A stretch of DNA of 64,000 nucleotides from an uncultured bacterium. GTDB lineage: Bacteria; Krumholzibacteriota; Krumholzibacteriia; JACNKJ01. Where the stretch lies: NCBI GenBank assembly GCA_963695095.1, contig CAVOFT010000001.1, forward strand, positions 1,824,001 through 1,888,000. The letters are read 5' to 3'. The notes under the pieces are model-generated. The model had not been told where the DNA came from. It saw only the letters and a program-made list of their open reading frames with translations, and ran no database searches. A program made the translations under genes and the position numbers. Below are positions 28,622-37,704 of this stretch, piece by piece; position 1 is the stretch's first letter, and each line of letters begins with the position of its first letter.

Positions 28622-30073
28622 ATGGCATTCCGTATCAATCACAACATCGCCTCGATGAACGCGTACCGGAACCTGGCGCGCAACGACATGGGCTTCTCCG
28701 AGTCGCTCGAGCGCCTGAGTTCCGGCCTGCGCATCAACAAGGCTGGCGACGACCCGGCGGGCCTGGTCGTCTCCGAGAACATGCGCGCGCAGATCGCCGG
28801 CCTCGGCCAGGCGATCGAGAACAGCGAACTGGCCACGGCCATGGTGCAGACCGCCGAGGGCGCGCTCACCGAAGTGCACGCGCTGCTGACCAGCATGCGC
28901 GAGCTGGCCATCCACGCCGCGAACGAAGGCGCCAACAGCGCCGCCGACCTCGCGGCCGACCAGTCGGAAATCACCAACGCCCTGGCCACCATCGATCGTA
29001 TCGCGCAGCACACGCAATTCGGCACGAAGCGTTTGCTGGACGGCACGAACGGCGTCACCGGCACGGTGACCTCGGGCACGGTGACCTTCCTGAGCGGCAC
29101 CGGGGATACCCAGACCGGCACCTACGACGTCGTGGTGACGACCCAGGCCGAGAAGGCCACCTTCACGACGGCGAACACCGGGGCGATCGCTGGCATCACG
29201 GCCGCCGAGACCTTGACCGTGACCAACGACAGCACCGGCGTCAGCGTGACGGTGAATCTCGAGGCCGGCGACAACCGGCAGACGATCATCGACAAGATCA
29301 ATGCGTACACGGATGTGACCGATGTGGTGGCTTCGACGAACGGCGCCAACAACATCACCGTGACCAGCGCGGTCTGGGGCCGGGCGGGCGATTTCACGAT
29401 CGTCTCCAGCCTGGAGGCGGTGGACGGCACGCAGAGCGGCTTCGCCGACGGGGCGGGCAACTCGGATGACGGCGTGGACATCGCCGGCAGCTTCAACGTC
29501 GGCGCCACGGCGTATCAGGCCGACGGCCTGGGCGCCATCCTCACGGGCCGGGCGGGCAGCGTGGTCGAGGGGCTGCGCGTGTCCACGACGGTCGCGGCGG
29601 GCACGGCGGGCACGGTGACGGTGCGCAACGACAGCCTGGTCTTCCAGGTGGGCGCCAACGCCGGCCAGCAGGTGTCGCTGGCGATCAGCAACATGGCCGC
29701 CGCCACTCTGGGGCGGGGCCTGGACCTGGCCAACGGCGGCACGAACCAGTTCGGTAGCCTGACGGAGATCAGCGTACTGGACGCGGAGAAGGCGGCCGAC
29801 TCCCTGGCGGTGATCGACAAGGCGATCGAGGAAGTGAGCACGGTCCGCGGCACGCTGGGCGCCTTCCAGAGCAACACGCTGGAGAGCGGCGTCAACAACC
29901 TGCGCGTGGCCGAGGAGAACCTGGTCGCCGCCGAGTCGACGATCCGCGACACGGACATGGCCGCCGAGATGGCGACCTTCACCCGCAACCAGATCATGCT
30001 GCAGGCGGCCACGGCGATGCTTGCGCACGCCAACGCCGCGCCGCAGGTGGTGCTGCAGCTCCTGGGCGGCTAA
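28622..30073 (+). CDS. fliC: Flagellin 1
   Basis: MAFRINHNIAS, ERLSSGLRINKAGDDPAGL, FQVGANAGQ, IRDTDMAAEM. Confidence 0.97.
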   Translation: MAFRINHNIASMNAYRNLARNDMGFSESLERLSSGLRINKAGDDPAGLVVSENMRAQIAGLGQAIENSELATAMVQTAEGALTEVHALLTSMRELAIHAANEGANSAADLAADQSEITNALATIDRIAQHTQFGTKRLLDGTNGVTGTVTSGTVTFLSGTGDTQTGTYDVVVTTQAEKATFTTANTGAIAGITAAETLTVTNDSTGVSVTVNLEAGDNRQTIIDKINAYTDVTDVVASTNGANNITVTSAVWGRAGDFTIVSSLEAVDGTQSGFADGAGNSDDGVDIAGSFNVGATAYQADGLGAILTGRAGSVVEGLRVSTTVAAGTAGTVTVRNDSLVFQVGANAGQQVSLAISNMAAATLGRGLDLANGGTNQFGSLTEISVLDAEKAADSLAVIDKAIEEVSTVRGTLGAFQSNTLESGVNNLRVAEENLVAAESTIRDTDMAAEMATFTRNQIMLQAATAMLAHANAAPQVVLQLLGG

Positions 30074-30107
30074 GCCCGCTCGCGAGCGCCGCGCGTTTCC
30101 ATTCGCT

Positions 30108-30133
30108 GGCCCCGCCCCCGGGCGGGGCCTTTT
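30108..30133 (+). terminator. Intrinsic terminator after flagellin 1
   Basis: GGCCCCGCC-CCCG-GGCGGGGCC-TTTT. Confidence 0.85.
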
Positions 30134-30291
30134 GCTTGCCCGGCGACGCGGCAAAATGAGCGACTCCGTGCGCAGACTCAGGGTGCGGCGGGGAAATCGG
30201 CGGGACAGAGCGGGATGCAGCCGGCCGTCGGGAGGCGGGATGGGATGCGCTGGGCACTGGCGCAGCGCAGCCGGCGGGGGGGCAGCGGCCT

Positions 30292-30307
30292 TGGCACCAG
30301 CTCTGCG
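30292..30307 (+). promoter_or_regulatory. sigma54 promoter of flagellin 2
   Basis: TGGCAC-CAGCT-CTGCG (GG-N10-GC). Confidence 0.7.
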
Positions 30308-30367
30308 AAGGGGGGAGAGCTCATGTTCCGGCGGCGTTTCGGACGGGCGGCGACCTGACCGCCAGAC

Positions 30368-30395
30368 GGAACCACGGAGGTTCCCCTGCGGGGGA
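30368..30395 (+). promoter_or_regulatory. CsrA-binding hairpin(s) in the flagellin 2 leader
   Basis: GGAACC-ACGGA-GGTTCC (ANGGA loop), overlapping TCCCC-TGCG-GGGGA; conserved in the flagellin 3 leader. Confidence 0.7.
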
Positions 30396-30415
30396 GTTCA
30401 AGGAGGATCGCAGCA

Positions 30416-31867
30416 ATGGCATTCCGCATCAATCACAACATCGCCTCGATGAACGCGTACCGGAATTTGACGCGCAACGACATGGGCTTCTCCGAGTCGC
30501 TCGAGCGCCTGAGTTCCGGCCTGCGTATCAACAAGGCTGGCGACGACCCGGCGGGCCTGGTCGTCTCCGAGAACATGCGCGCGCAGATCGCCGGCCTCGG
30601 CCAGGCGATCGAGAACAGCGAACTGGCCACGGCCATGGTGCAGACCGCCGAGGGCGCCCTGACCGAAGTGCACGCGCTGCTGACCAGCATGCGCGAGCTG
30701 GCCATCCACGCCGCGAACGAGGGCGCCAACAGCGCCGCCGACCTCGCGGCCGACCAGTCGGAAATCACCAACGCCCTGGCCACCATCGACCGTATCGCCG
30801 GCCAGACCCAGTTCGGCACCAAGAAGCTGCTGGACGGCTCCAACGGCGTCACCGGCACGGTGACCTCGGGCACGGTGTCCTTCCTCAGCGGCACCGGCGC
30901 CACCACGGCCGGCACCTACGACGTCGTGGTGACGACCCAGGCCGAGAAGGCCACCTTCACGACCACGAACACCGGGGCGATCGCGGGTATCACGGCCGAC
31001 GAGACCTTGACCGTGACCAATGACGCGACCGGCGTCAGCGTGACGGTCAACCTCGAGGCCGGCGACAACCGGCAGACGATCATCGACAAGATCAACGCTT
31101 ACAGCGACGAGACGCAGGTCGTGGCGACGACGAACGGCGCCAACAACATCAGCCTGACCAGCGCGGTCTGGGGCCGGGCCGGCGACTTCACGATCGTCTC
31201 CAGCCTGGAAGCGGTGGACGGCACGCAGAGCGGCTTCGCCGACGGGGCGGGCAACTCGGATGACGGCGTCAACATCGTGGGCACTTTCAACGTCGGCGCG
31301 ACGGCGTATCAGGCGGACGGCCTGGGCGCCATCCTCACGGGCCGGGCGGGCAGCGTGGTCGAGGGCCTGCGGGTGCAGACCACGGCCGCGGCGGGCACGG
31401 CGGGCACGGTGACGGTGCGCAACAACAGCCTGGTCTTCCAGGTGGGCGCCAATGCCGGGCAGCAGGTGACGCTGGCGATCAGCAACATGGCCGCCAGCAT
31501 GGTGGGCACCGGCCTGGACGCTGCCAACGGCGGCGCCAACCAGTTCACCAGCCTGGCCGAGATCGACATCCTGGACGCCGCCAAGGCGGCCGACTCGCTG
31601 GCCGTGATCGACAGGGCCATCGAGCAGGTGAGCACGATCCGCGGCACGCTGGGCGCCTTCCAGAGCAACACGCTGGAGAGCGGCGTCAACAACCTGCGCG
31701 TGGCCGAGGAGAACCTGGTCGCCGCCGAGTCGGCGGTCCGCGACACGGACATGGCCGCCGAGATGGCGACCTTCACCCGCAACCAGATCATGCTGCAGGC
31801 GGCCACGGCGATGCTCGCGCACGCCAACTCCGCCCCCCAGGTGGTGCTCCAGCTGATGACGGCCTAG
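30416..31867 (+). CDS. fliC: Flagellin 2
   Basis: Same flagellin N- and C-terminal motifs; AAGGAGG RBS. Confidence 0.97.
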   Translation: MAFRINHNIASMNAYRNLTRNDMGFSESLERLSSGLRINKAGDDPAGLVVSENMRAQIAGLGQAIENSELATAMVQTAEGALTEVHALLTSMRELAIHAANEGANSAADLAADQSEITNALATIDRIAGQTQFGTKKLLDGSNGVTGTVTSGTVSFLSGTGATTAGTYDVVVTTQAEKATFTTTNTGAIAGITADETLTVTNDATGVSVTVNLEAGDNRQTIIDKINAYSDETQVVATTNGANNISLTSAVWGRAGDFTIVSSLEAVDGTQSGFADGAGNSDDGVNIVGTFNVGATAYQADGLGAILTGRAGSVVEGLRVQTTAAAGTAGTVTVRNNSLVFQVGANAGQQVTLAISNMAASMVGTGLDAANGGANQFTSLAEIDILDAAKAADSLAVIDRAIEQVSTIRGTLGAFQSNTLESGVNNLRVAEENLVAAESAVRDTDMAAEMATFTRNQIMLQAATAMLAHANSAPQVVLQLMTA

Positions 31868-31889
31868 GGGCCGGCACCCCATGGCGGTT

Positions 31890-31924
31890 GAGAGGGGCCC
31901 CGGCCATCTGGCGGGGCCCCACTC
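31890..31924 (+). terminator. Strong hairpin after flagellin 2 (no U-tract)
   Basis: GAGAGGGGCCCCG...CGGGGCCCCACTC. Confidence 0.5.
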
Positions 31925-32171
31925 GTCCCGGGCAGGCGCGTCCGCGGTGGCGGCGGTTTGGAACTGGCAAGGGGCACCCGCTAAAGTCGCTGCATTCCGC
32001 AGCAAATCCGATTCTGCAATACGAGCAGCGCAGATTGAGCGATGAGGGCGCGCAGGGGTCCGGCGCGGCTGACCGCGGTGCTGGGCAGGCGTGGAAACGC
32101 TGCGCCGTCCGACGCTGCCCCAGGGAGTGACCGGGAAGCGCCCGGCGGCCCCCCGCCCAGCGGGGAGGCAT

Positions 32172-32187
32172 TGGCATCGGCCCTGCG
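32172..32187 (+). promoter_or_regulatory. sigma54 promoter of flagellin 3
   Basis: TGGCAT-CGGCC-CTGCG; lies at almost the same distance from the ATG as in flagellin 2. Confidence 0.7.
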
Positions 32188-32247
32188 ATGTGCCGGCGCG
32201 TGACCTCCCGGCGAAGGCTCGGGGAGGTGACAACCCGGATGCAAGAC

Positions 32248-32275
32248 GGGACCACGGAGGATCCCCTGTAGGGGA
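32248..32275 (+). promoter_or_regulatory. CsrA-binding hairpin(s) in the flagellin 3 leader
   Basis: GGGACC-ACGGA-GGATCC overlapping TCCCC-TGTA-GGGGA. Confidence 0.6.
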
Positions 32276-32294
32276 CGTCAAGGAGGATCGCTGA

Positions 32295-33743
32295 ATGGCA
32301 TTCCGCATCAATCACAACATCGCCTCGATGAACGCGTACCGGAACCTCGCGCGCAACGACAGGGGCTTCTCCGAGTCGCTCGAGCGCCTGAGTTCCGGCC
32401 TGCGTATCAACAAGGCTGGCGACGACCCGGCGGGCCTGGTCGTCTCCGAGAACATGCGCGCACAGATCGCCGGCCTCGGCCAGGCGATCGAGAACAGCGA
32501 ACTGGCCACGGCCATGGTGCAGACCGCCGAGGGCGCCCTGACCGAAGTGCACGCGCTGCTGACCAGCATGCGCGAGCTGGCCATCCACGCCGCGAACGAG
32601 GGCGCCAACAGCGCCGCCGACCTCGCGGCCGACCAGTCGGAAATCACCAACGCCCTGGCCACCATCGACCGTATCGCCGGCCAGACCCAGTTCGGCACCA
32701 AGAAGCTGCTGGACGGCTCCAACGGCGTCACCGGCACGGTGACCTCGGGCACGGTGTCCTTCCTCAGCGGCACGGGCGCCACCACGGCCGGCACCTACGA
32801 CGTCGTGGTGACGACCCAGGCCGAGAAGGCCACCTTCACGACCACGAACACCGGGGCGATCGCGGGTATCACGGCCGACGAGACCTTGACCGTGACCAAT
32901 GACGCGACCGGCGTCAGCGTGACGGTCAACCTCGAGGCCGGCGACAACCGGCAGACGATCATCGACAAGATCAACGCTTACAGCGACGAGACGCAGGTCG
33001 TGGCGACGACGAACGGCGCCAACAACATCAGCCTGACCAGCGCGGTCTGGGGCCGGGCCGGCGACTTCACGATCGTCTCCAGCCTGGAAGCGGTGGACGG
33101 CACGCAGAGCGGCTTCGCCGACGGGGCGGGCAACTCGGATGACGGCGTCAACATCGTGGGCACTTTCAACGTCGGCGCGACGGCGTATCAGGCGGACGGC
33201 CTGGGCGCCATCCTCACGGGCCGGGCGGGCAGCGTGGTCGAGGGCCTGCGGGTGCAGACCACGGCCGCGGCGGGCACGGCGGGCACGGTGACGGTGCGCA
33301 ACAACAGCCTGGTCTTCCAGGTGGGCGCCAATGCCGGGCAGCAGGTGACCCTCGCGATCAGCAACATGGCCGCCAGCATGGTGGGCACCGGCCTGGACGC
33401 TGCCAACGGCGGCGCCAACCAGTTCACCAGCCTGGCCGAGATCAGCATCCTGGACGCCGCCAAGGCGGCCGACTCGCTGGCCGTGATCGACAGGGCCATC
33501 GAGCAGGTGAGCACGATCCGCGGCACGCTGGGCGCCTTCCAGAGCAATACGCTGGAGAGCGGCGTCAACAACCTGCGCGTGGCCGAGGAGAACCTGGTCG
33601 CCGCCGAGTCGACGATCCGCGACACGGACATGGCCGCCGAGATGGCGACCTTCACCCGCAACCAGATCATGCTGCAGGCGGCCACGGCGATGCTCGCGCA
33701 CGCCAACTCCGCCCCCCAGGTGGTCTTGCAGCTGATGTCCTAG
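32295..33743 (+). CDS. fliC: Flagellin 3 (near-identical to flagellin 2)
   Basis: Flagellin motifs; differs from flagellin 2 at only a handful of residues. Confidence 0.97.
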   Translation: MAFRINHNIASMNAYRNLARNDRGFSESLERLSSGLRINKAGDDPAGLVVSENMRAQIAGLGQAIENSELATAMVQTAEGALTEVHALLTSMRELAIHAANEGANSAADLAADQSEITNALATIDRIAGQTQFGTKKLLDGSNGVTGTVTSGTVSFLSGTGATTAGTYDVVVTTQAEKATFTTTNTGAIAGITADETLTVTNDATGVSVTVNLEAGDNRQTIIDKINAYSDETQVVATTNGANNISLTSAVWGRAGDFTIVSSLEAVDGTQSGFADGAGNSDDGVNIVGTFNVGATAYQADGLGAILTGRAGSVVEGLRVQTTAAAGTAGTVTVRNNSLVFQVGANAGQQVTLAISNMAASMVGTGLDAANGGANQFTSLAEISILDAAKAADSLAVIDRAIEQVSTIRGTLGAFQSNTLESGVNNLRVAEENLVAAESTIRDTDMAAEMATFTRNQIMLQAATAMLAHANSAPQVVLQLMS

Positions 33744-33772
33744 GGTCGACAGGCCATTCCGGCAATCCTCAA

Positions 33773-33807
33773 GGCTTCCCCCCGCCCGGGGGGGAGCCGT
33801 TTTTTTT
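33773..33807 (+). terminator. Intrinsic terminator after flagellin 3
   Basis: GGCTTCCCCCC-GCCC-GGGGGGGAGCC followed by G and a run of eight T. Confidence 0.88.
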
Positions 33808-33820
33808 GGCGGCTTGAGGC

Positions 33821-33848
33821 TCAAGCGGATCCCCCCAGACGCCGATAA
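33821..33848 (+). promoter_or_regulatory. sigma28 promoter of fliD-fliS
   Basis: TCAAG-N15-GCCGATAA. Confidence 0.75.
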
Positions 33849-33940
33849 CCTGTGCGGGAGCCGCGGGAGGGCTCCCGGAGCGTCAGCGCCGGGCTCCAGC
33901 CCGAGCTCGGATTCAGGCCCGCTACAGGGGAGGAGCCGAC

Positions 33941-36286
33941 ATGCCCTTGGGTCTCAACTCCATTTCCGGATTGCTCAGCGGCATCGACACCGCGACCCTC
34001 GTCGACAAGATCATGCAGTTCGAGCGGCGGCCGGCCTACCTGCTCGAGGCGAGCAAGGCCAGGTCGGAACTGACGCTAGCCGGCTTCGGTGCCCTCGAGG
34101 CGGCCCTCGCCAACCTGCGCGGGGCCGTGGAAGGGCTGCGGCGGCCCTCGGACTTCCGCGGCATGCTCGGCAGCAGCTCCCATCCGGAATCGATCACGGC
34201 CAGCGTCGGCCGCAGTGCGGCCGCCGGCGTCTACAACCTGCGCATCGCCCAGCTCGCGCAGGGCCACCAGGTCGTCAGCAACGGCTTCGCCGATGACGAG
34301 GCGAGCCTGGGCACCGGCACCGTGACGCTCAGCCTGGCGGGGGAGGCGGCGGTCACCGTCACGCTGACCGACGGCAACGACAGCCTGCAAGATCTGGCGG
34401 CGGCCATCAACCAGGCCGGCGGCGGCATCACGGCGATGGTGGTGAACACGGGCACGGGCCAGACGCCTTACCAGCTCATCCTCTCGGGCAACAGCACGGG
34501 CGCCGCGCAGACGATCAGCGTCAGCAGCGAGCTCAGCGGCGGCAGCGGTATCAGCTTCGGCACGGTGGCCGGCGTCGTCATCGATCAGCAGACCGGCTCG
34601 AGCAGCATTGCCAGCGGCGGTCACTTCACCGGCGGCACCGACGGCAGCTACAGCTTCACGGTGACGACGGGCGGCGTCGTCGGCAGCGACACCATCGTCA
34701 TCGACTGGACCAGCGACCAGGGCGAAAGCGGACAGCTCACCCTGGACAGCGATTACGCCGGCGAGGCGCTGACCGTGCAGGGCAGCCTGACCCTCAGCTT
34801 CGGCGCCGGCGATCTGCAGGCGGGCGACGCCTGGAGCGTCAGCGCCGTCAGCAGCACCATCCAGGGGGCCCAGGATGCCCTGATCAGCTTCGGCAGCAAC
34901 TCCCCGATCACGATCGCCAGCGCGACGAACACGGTGAGCGGACTCATCGAGGGCGTCACGCTGAACCTGCTGGCCGCCGATGCGGAGCAGACGGTGACGG
35001 TCAAGGTGGAGCACGATGTCGAGAGCCTCGTCGACAGTCTGGACGGCTTCGTGACCAAGTACAACGCCGCGCTCGACTTCCTGCTCGAGCAGTTCGCCTA
35101 CAATCCGGACACCGAGAACGCGGGCATCCTGCTCGGAGACCGCACGGCGATGCGCCTGGAGAGCTCGATTCGCAGCGACGTCATGCGCTCCGTCGCCGGC
35201 CTGGCCGGCGAGCTGAATCAGCTGGCCGAAATCGGCATCGGCACCAGCATGGGCGGGGCACTGGACTACGATGGCAAGCTGAGCATCGACGAGGACATCC
35301 TCCGCGAGGCGATTCGCACGGATCTCGATGGCGTGGTCGCTCTGCTCGGCAGCACGGGCACGAGCAGCGACGAGGACATCATCTTCCTCAACGCCGGTCT
35401 CGGCGTGCAGCCGACGGGAGGCCAGAGCGGCTACCAGGTGGTCATCACCCAGGCCGCTACCCAGGGCAGGCTCAACGGCGGCGTCTTCGCGGCGCCCTCG
35501 CCCGGGGTGCCTTTCACCGTGGGCGCCGGCGACAACCAGCTGCGCCTGAAGGTGGACGGCGTCTCCAGCGGCGCGATCGATGTTCCCGCTGGCAGCTACG
35601 CCAGCGGCGAGGCGCTGGCGGCAGCCATCCAGGAGGCCGTCAATGCCGACGCCGGACTGGGCGGCAAGACCGTCGGCGTGAGCTGGGAAGACGCCGGCGG
35701 CGGCCAGGGCCGGCTCGTCATCACGAGCCGGAGCTGGGGGGGCAACAGCAAGGTCACCCTCGAGGCGACCGAGGGCGCGCTCGCCGATCAGCTGGGCCTG
35801 ACCGGCGGCAGCCCGCTGGTCGGCCACGACGTTGCGGGCCACTTCCTCGTGAACGGGGCCGTGCAGGAGGCCACCGGCTCGGGCCGCATCCTCACCGGCA
35901 GCGCGAGCAACGCGGCGACGGACGGGCTCAGCGTCCAGGTCAACCTCACGGAGACGTCGCTGGCAGCGCAGGGCCAGGCGCAGGGCAGCGTGCGCGTCTG
36001 GAGCGGCGTCACCGATCGGCTCTACCGCACCCTCGACGGGGCCCTGGACAGCGTGGACGGCATCCTCACGATCAAGCAGGACAGCCTGCGCGATACCATT
36101 GCCGACTACGAGAAGCAGGTCAAATCGATCGACGCCCGCCTGGCCAAGCGCAAGGACCGCTACTTGGCCGAATTCATCCGCATGGAGAGCCTGCTCGCCG
36201 AGATGTCGGCCACCAGCAGCGCCATGAACTCCATGCTCGCCAATATCTCGGCAGTCTCGACCAGCTCCAGTTCGAGCAACGGGTAG
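33941..36286 (+). CDS. fliD: Filament cap protein FliD (781 aa, two insertions)
   Basis: SGLLSGIDTATLVDKIM, QLAQGHQ, AQDA, IEGVTLNL, FVTKYN, EFIRMESLLAEM. Confidence 0.95.
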   Translation: MPLGLNSISGLLSGIDTATLVDKIMQFERRPAYLLEASKARSELTLAGFGALEAALANLRGAVEGLRRPSDFRGMLGSSSHPESITASVGRSAAAGVYNLRIAQLAQGHQVVSNGFADDEASLGTGTVTLSLAGEAAVTVTLTDGNDSLQDLAAAINQAGGGITAMVVNTGTGQTPYQLILSGNSTGAAQTISVSSELSGGSGISFGTVAGVVIDQQTGSSSIASGGHFTGGTDGSYSFTVTTGGVVGSDTIVIDWTSDQGESGQLTLDSDYAGEALTVQGSLTLSFGAGDLQAGDAWSVSAVSSTIQGAQDALISFGSNSPITIASATNTVSGLIEGVTLNLLAADAEQTVTVKVEHDVESLVDSLDGFVTKYNAALDFLLEQFAYNPDTENAGILLGDRTAMRLESSIRSDVMRSVAGLAGELNQLAEIGIGTSMGGALDYDGKLSIDEDILREAIRTDLDGVVALLGSTGTSSDEDIIFLNAGLGVQPTGGQSGYQVVITQAATQGRLNGGVFAAPSPGVPFTVGAGDNQLRLKVDGVSSGAIDVPAGSYASGEALAAAIQEAVNADAGLGGKTVGVSWEDAGGGQGRLVITSRSWGGNSKVTLEATEGALADQLGLTGGSPLVGHDVAGHFLVNGAVQEATGSGRILTGSASNAATDGLSVQVNLTETSLAAQGQAQGSVRVWSGVTDRLYRTLDGALDSVDGILTIKQDSLRDTIADYEKQVKSIDARLAKRKDRYLAEFIRMESLLAEMSATSSAMNSMLANISAVSTSSSSSNG

Positions 36287-36289
36287 GGC

Positions 36290-36802
36290 ATGACAGTACT
36301 CGATCCGACCGGCGCCCTCGTGGCGCCCGAGCGCCGCGAAGGCGAGCCCCAGGACGGCGTGCGCAGCGGCGGGCAGGCGCGGCCTGCCCAGGGCCAACAG
36401 CAGCGAGCGCAGCGCGCCTACCAGGAGAGCCGCGTTCGCGGCGCCGATCCCCAGCAGCTGCTCGCCCTGCTCTATGACGGGCTCCTGCAGAGCGTGCGCG
36501 CCGGCCAGACGGCCCTCGGCGAACGCGACTGGGAGGCGGCGCAGGCTGAGCTCAGCAAGGCGCGGCGGATTGTCACCTATCTGAGCAACTCCCTGCGCCC
36601 CGAAGGCGGGGCGATCACCGAGCGCCTGCGGCCCTTGTACGCTTTTTGCTTCGAACGCATCGGCCGCGCCAGCCTGGAGCAGCGGCCCGAGCTGCTCGAT
36701 GGGGTGGCGAAGGTGGTCGGCGAACTGAACGGCGCCTGGAGCGCGCTTGCGGGCAGCCGGCGGGAGCCGGCGGCCGGCCGGCAGGAGCAACATGAGCCCT
36801 GA
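36290..36802 (+). CDS. fliS: Flagellin chaperone FliS
   Basis: AYQESRV...ADPQQLLALLYDG...LSNSL...LRPLY...AW. Confidence 0.92.
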   Translation: MTVLDPTGALVAPERREGEPQDGVRSGGQARPAQGQQQRAQRAYQESRVRGADPQQLLALLYDGLLQSVRAGQTALGERDWEAAQAELSKARRIVTYLSNSLRPEGGAITERLRPLYAFCFERIGRASLEQRPELLDGVAKVVGELNGAWSALAGSRREPAAGRQEQHEP

Positions 36803-37133
36803 GTCCATTGCCCGTGCCCAGCTGGAAGGACTCGGCGTTCTGGCTGCCGAGCGCCTGGCCGCCGCGCGCCGCGGCGACTGGCAGGGCTTGGCCGCCTTGG
36901 AGAGCCAGCGACGGGAAGCGCTGGACGCCATCGTTCCGCAGGATCTGGCTGCCCTGGCGGCGACGGCCCCGGAGGCCCTCAGCGCGCTGCGGCAGGAGTT
37001 GGGCGAGCGGGACCGTCTGATCGAATGCGCCCTGCGCAAGGCACTGGCCGCGAGGGCCAGCGCTGCAGCCGAAGCTCAGGCTCAGCAACGCGCGGAGCGG
37101 GGCTACCTCAAGGGGTCCCCCGCGTCCTCTTGA
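36792..37133 (+). CDS. FliT-like chaperone
   Basis: AARRGDWQGLAALESQRREAL motif, helical, follows fliS; AGGAG RBS. Confidence 0.65.
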   Translation: MSPESIARAQLEGLGVLAAERLAAARRGDWQGLAALESQRREALDAIVPQDLAALAATAPEALSALRQELGERDRLIECALRKALAARASAAAEAQAQQRAERGYLKGSPASS

Positions 37134-37149
37134 CGGCCTAGAGCTTGCT
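37134..37149 (+). promoter_or_regulatory. sigma54 promoter of flgM
   Basis: CGGCCT-AGAGC-TTGCT (GG-N10-GC). Confidence 0.55.
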
Positions 37150-37183
37150 ACCGTTCCGGATGAGGCCCCAGGATCGGAGGAAC

Positions 37184-37558
37184 ATGGTGGAGATCGGCAA
37201 GTCCGCAGCCGTTCACGGTCAGGAATTGGCCAAGCTCTACGGGCAGCGCGCCGAATCGGAGGGCGCCCCGGAGGTCTCGGACCAGCAAGCCACGCAGAAT
37301 CGCCCGGTAGGGACGGGCGAGGGCAGGGCCGCCGTCATGGTGCAAATCAGCCCCGAGGCGCGCGATCGGGCCGAGCGCGAAGAAGCGCTCGCCGCCGCCA
37401 AGGCCGTCTACCCGGATCTGCCACCCATCCGGGCCGATGTCGTGGAGGCCGTCCGCCAGCGCCTGGAGGCGGGTTTCTACGAGACCCCGGCTGTCAAGGA
37501 TGCGCTCGTCGAGCGCCTCCTGCCCCTGGCCCGCCGTCTGGAGGCTGGCTCCCGCTAG
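37184..37558 (+). CDS. flgM: Anti-sigma28 factor FlgM
   Basis: VQISPEAR...PPIRADVVEAVRQRLEAGFY; GGAGGA RBS. Confidence 0.8.
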   Translation: MVEIGKSAAVHGQELAKLYGQRAESEGAPEVSDQQATQNRPVGTGEGRAAVMVQISPEARDRAEREEALAAAKAVYPDLPPIRADVVEAVRQRLEAGFYETPAVKDALVERLLPLARRLEAGSR

Positions 37559-37624
37559 GCCGTCCTCGGCCCAGCTGCACGGCAGTCCGGGCGCTGCGGG
37601 CCCCATGACGGTCCGCTCCCGGTG

Positions 37625-37654
37625 TTGGCAAAAAATCTTGCGGCTTTGGACAAT
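37625..37654 (+). promoter_or_regulatory. Possible sigma70 promoter of the kinase/activator pair
   Basis: TTGGCA-N18-GACAAT in an A-rich patch. Confidence 0.35.
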
Positions 37655-37704
37655 GCCTGCTAGGCACTGCTGCAGTGCGCGCTCCGCGCGACGGGGGGAG
37701 AGCA

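Noticed and set aside
28622..33743. Long direct repeats as a CRISPR array or mobile element
   Set aside because: The repeats are the three flagellin paralogues. I saw no short repeat-spacer array, terminal inverted repeats or transposase in the window.
37625..37641. TTGGCAAAAAATCTTGC as a sigma54 promoter
   Set aside because: GG-to-GC spacing is 11 nt, not the required 10. Kept only as a weak sigma70 candidate.
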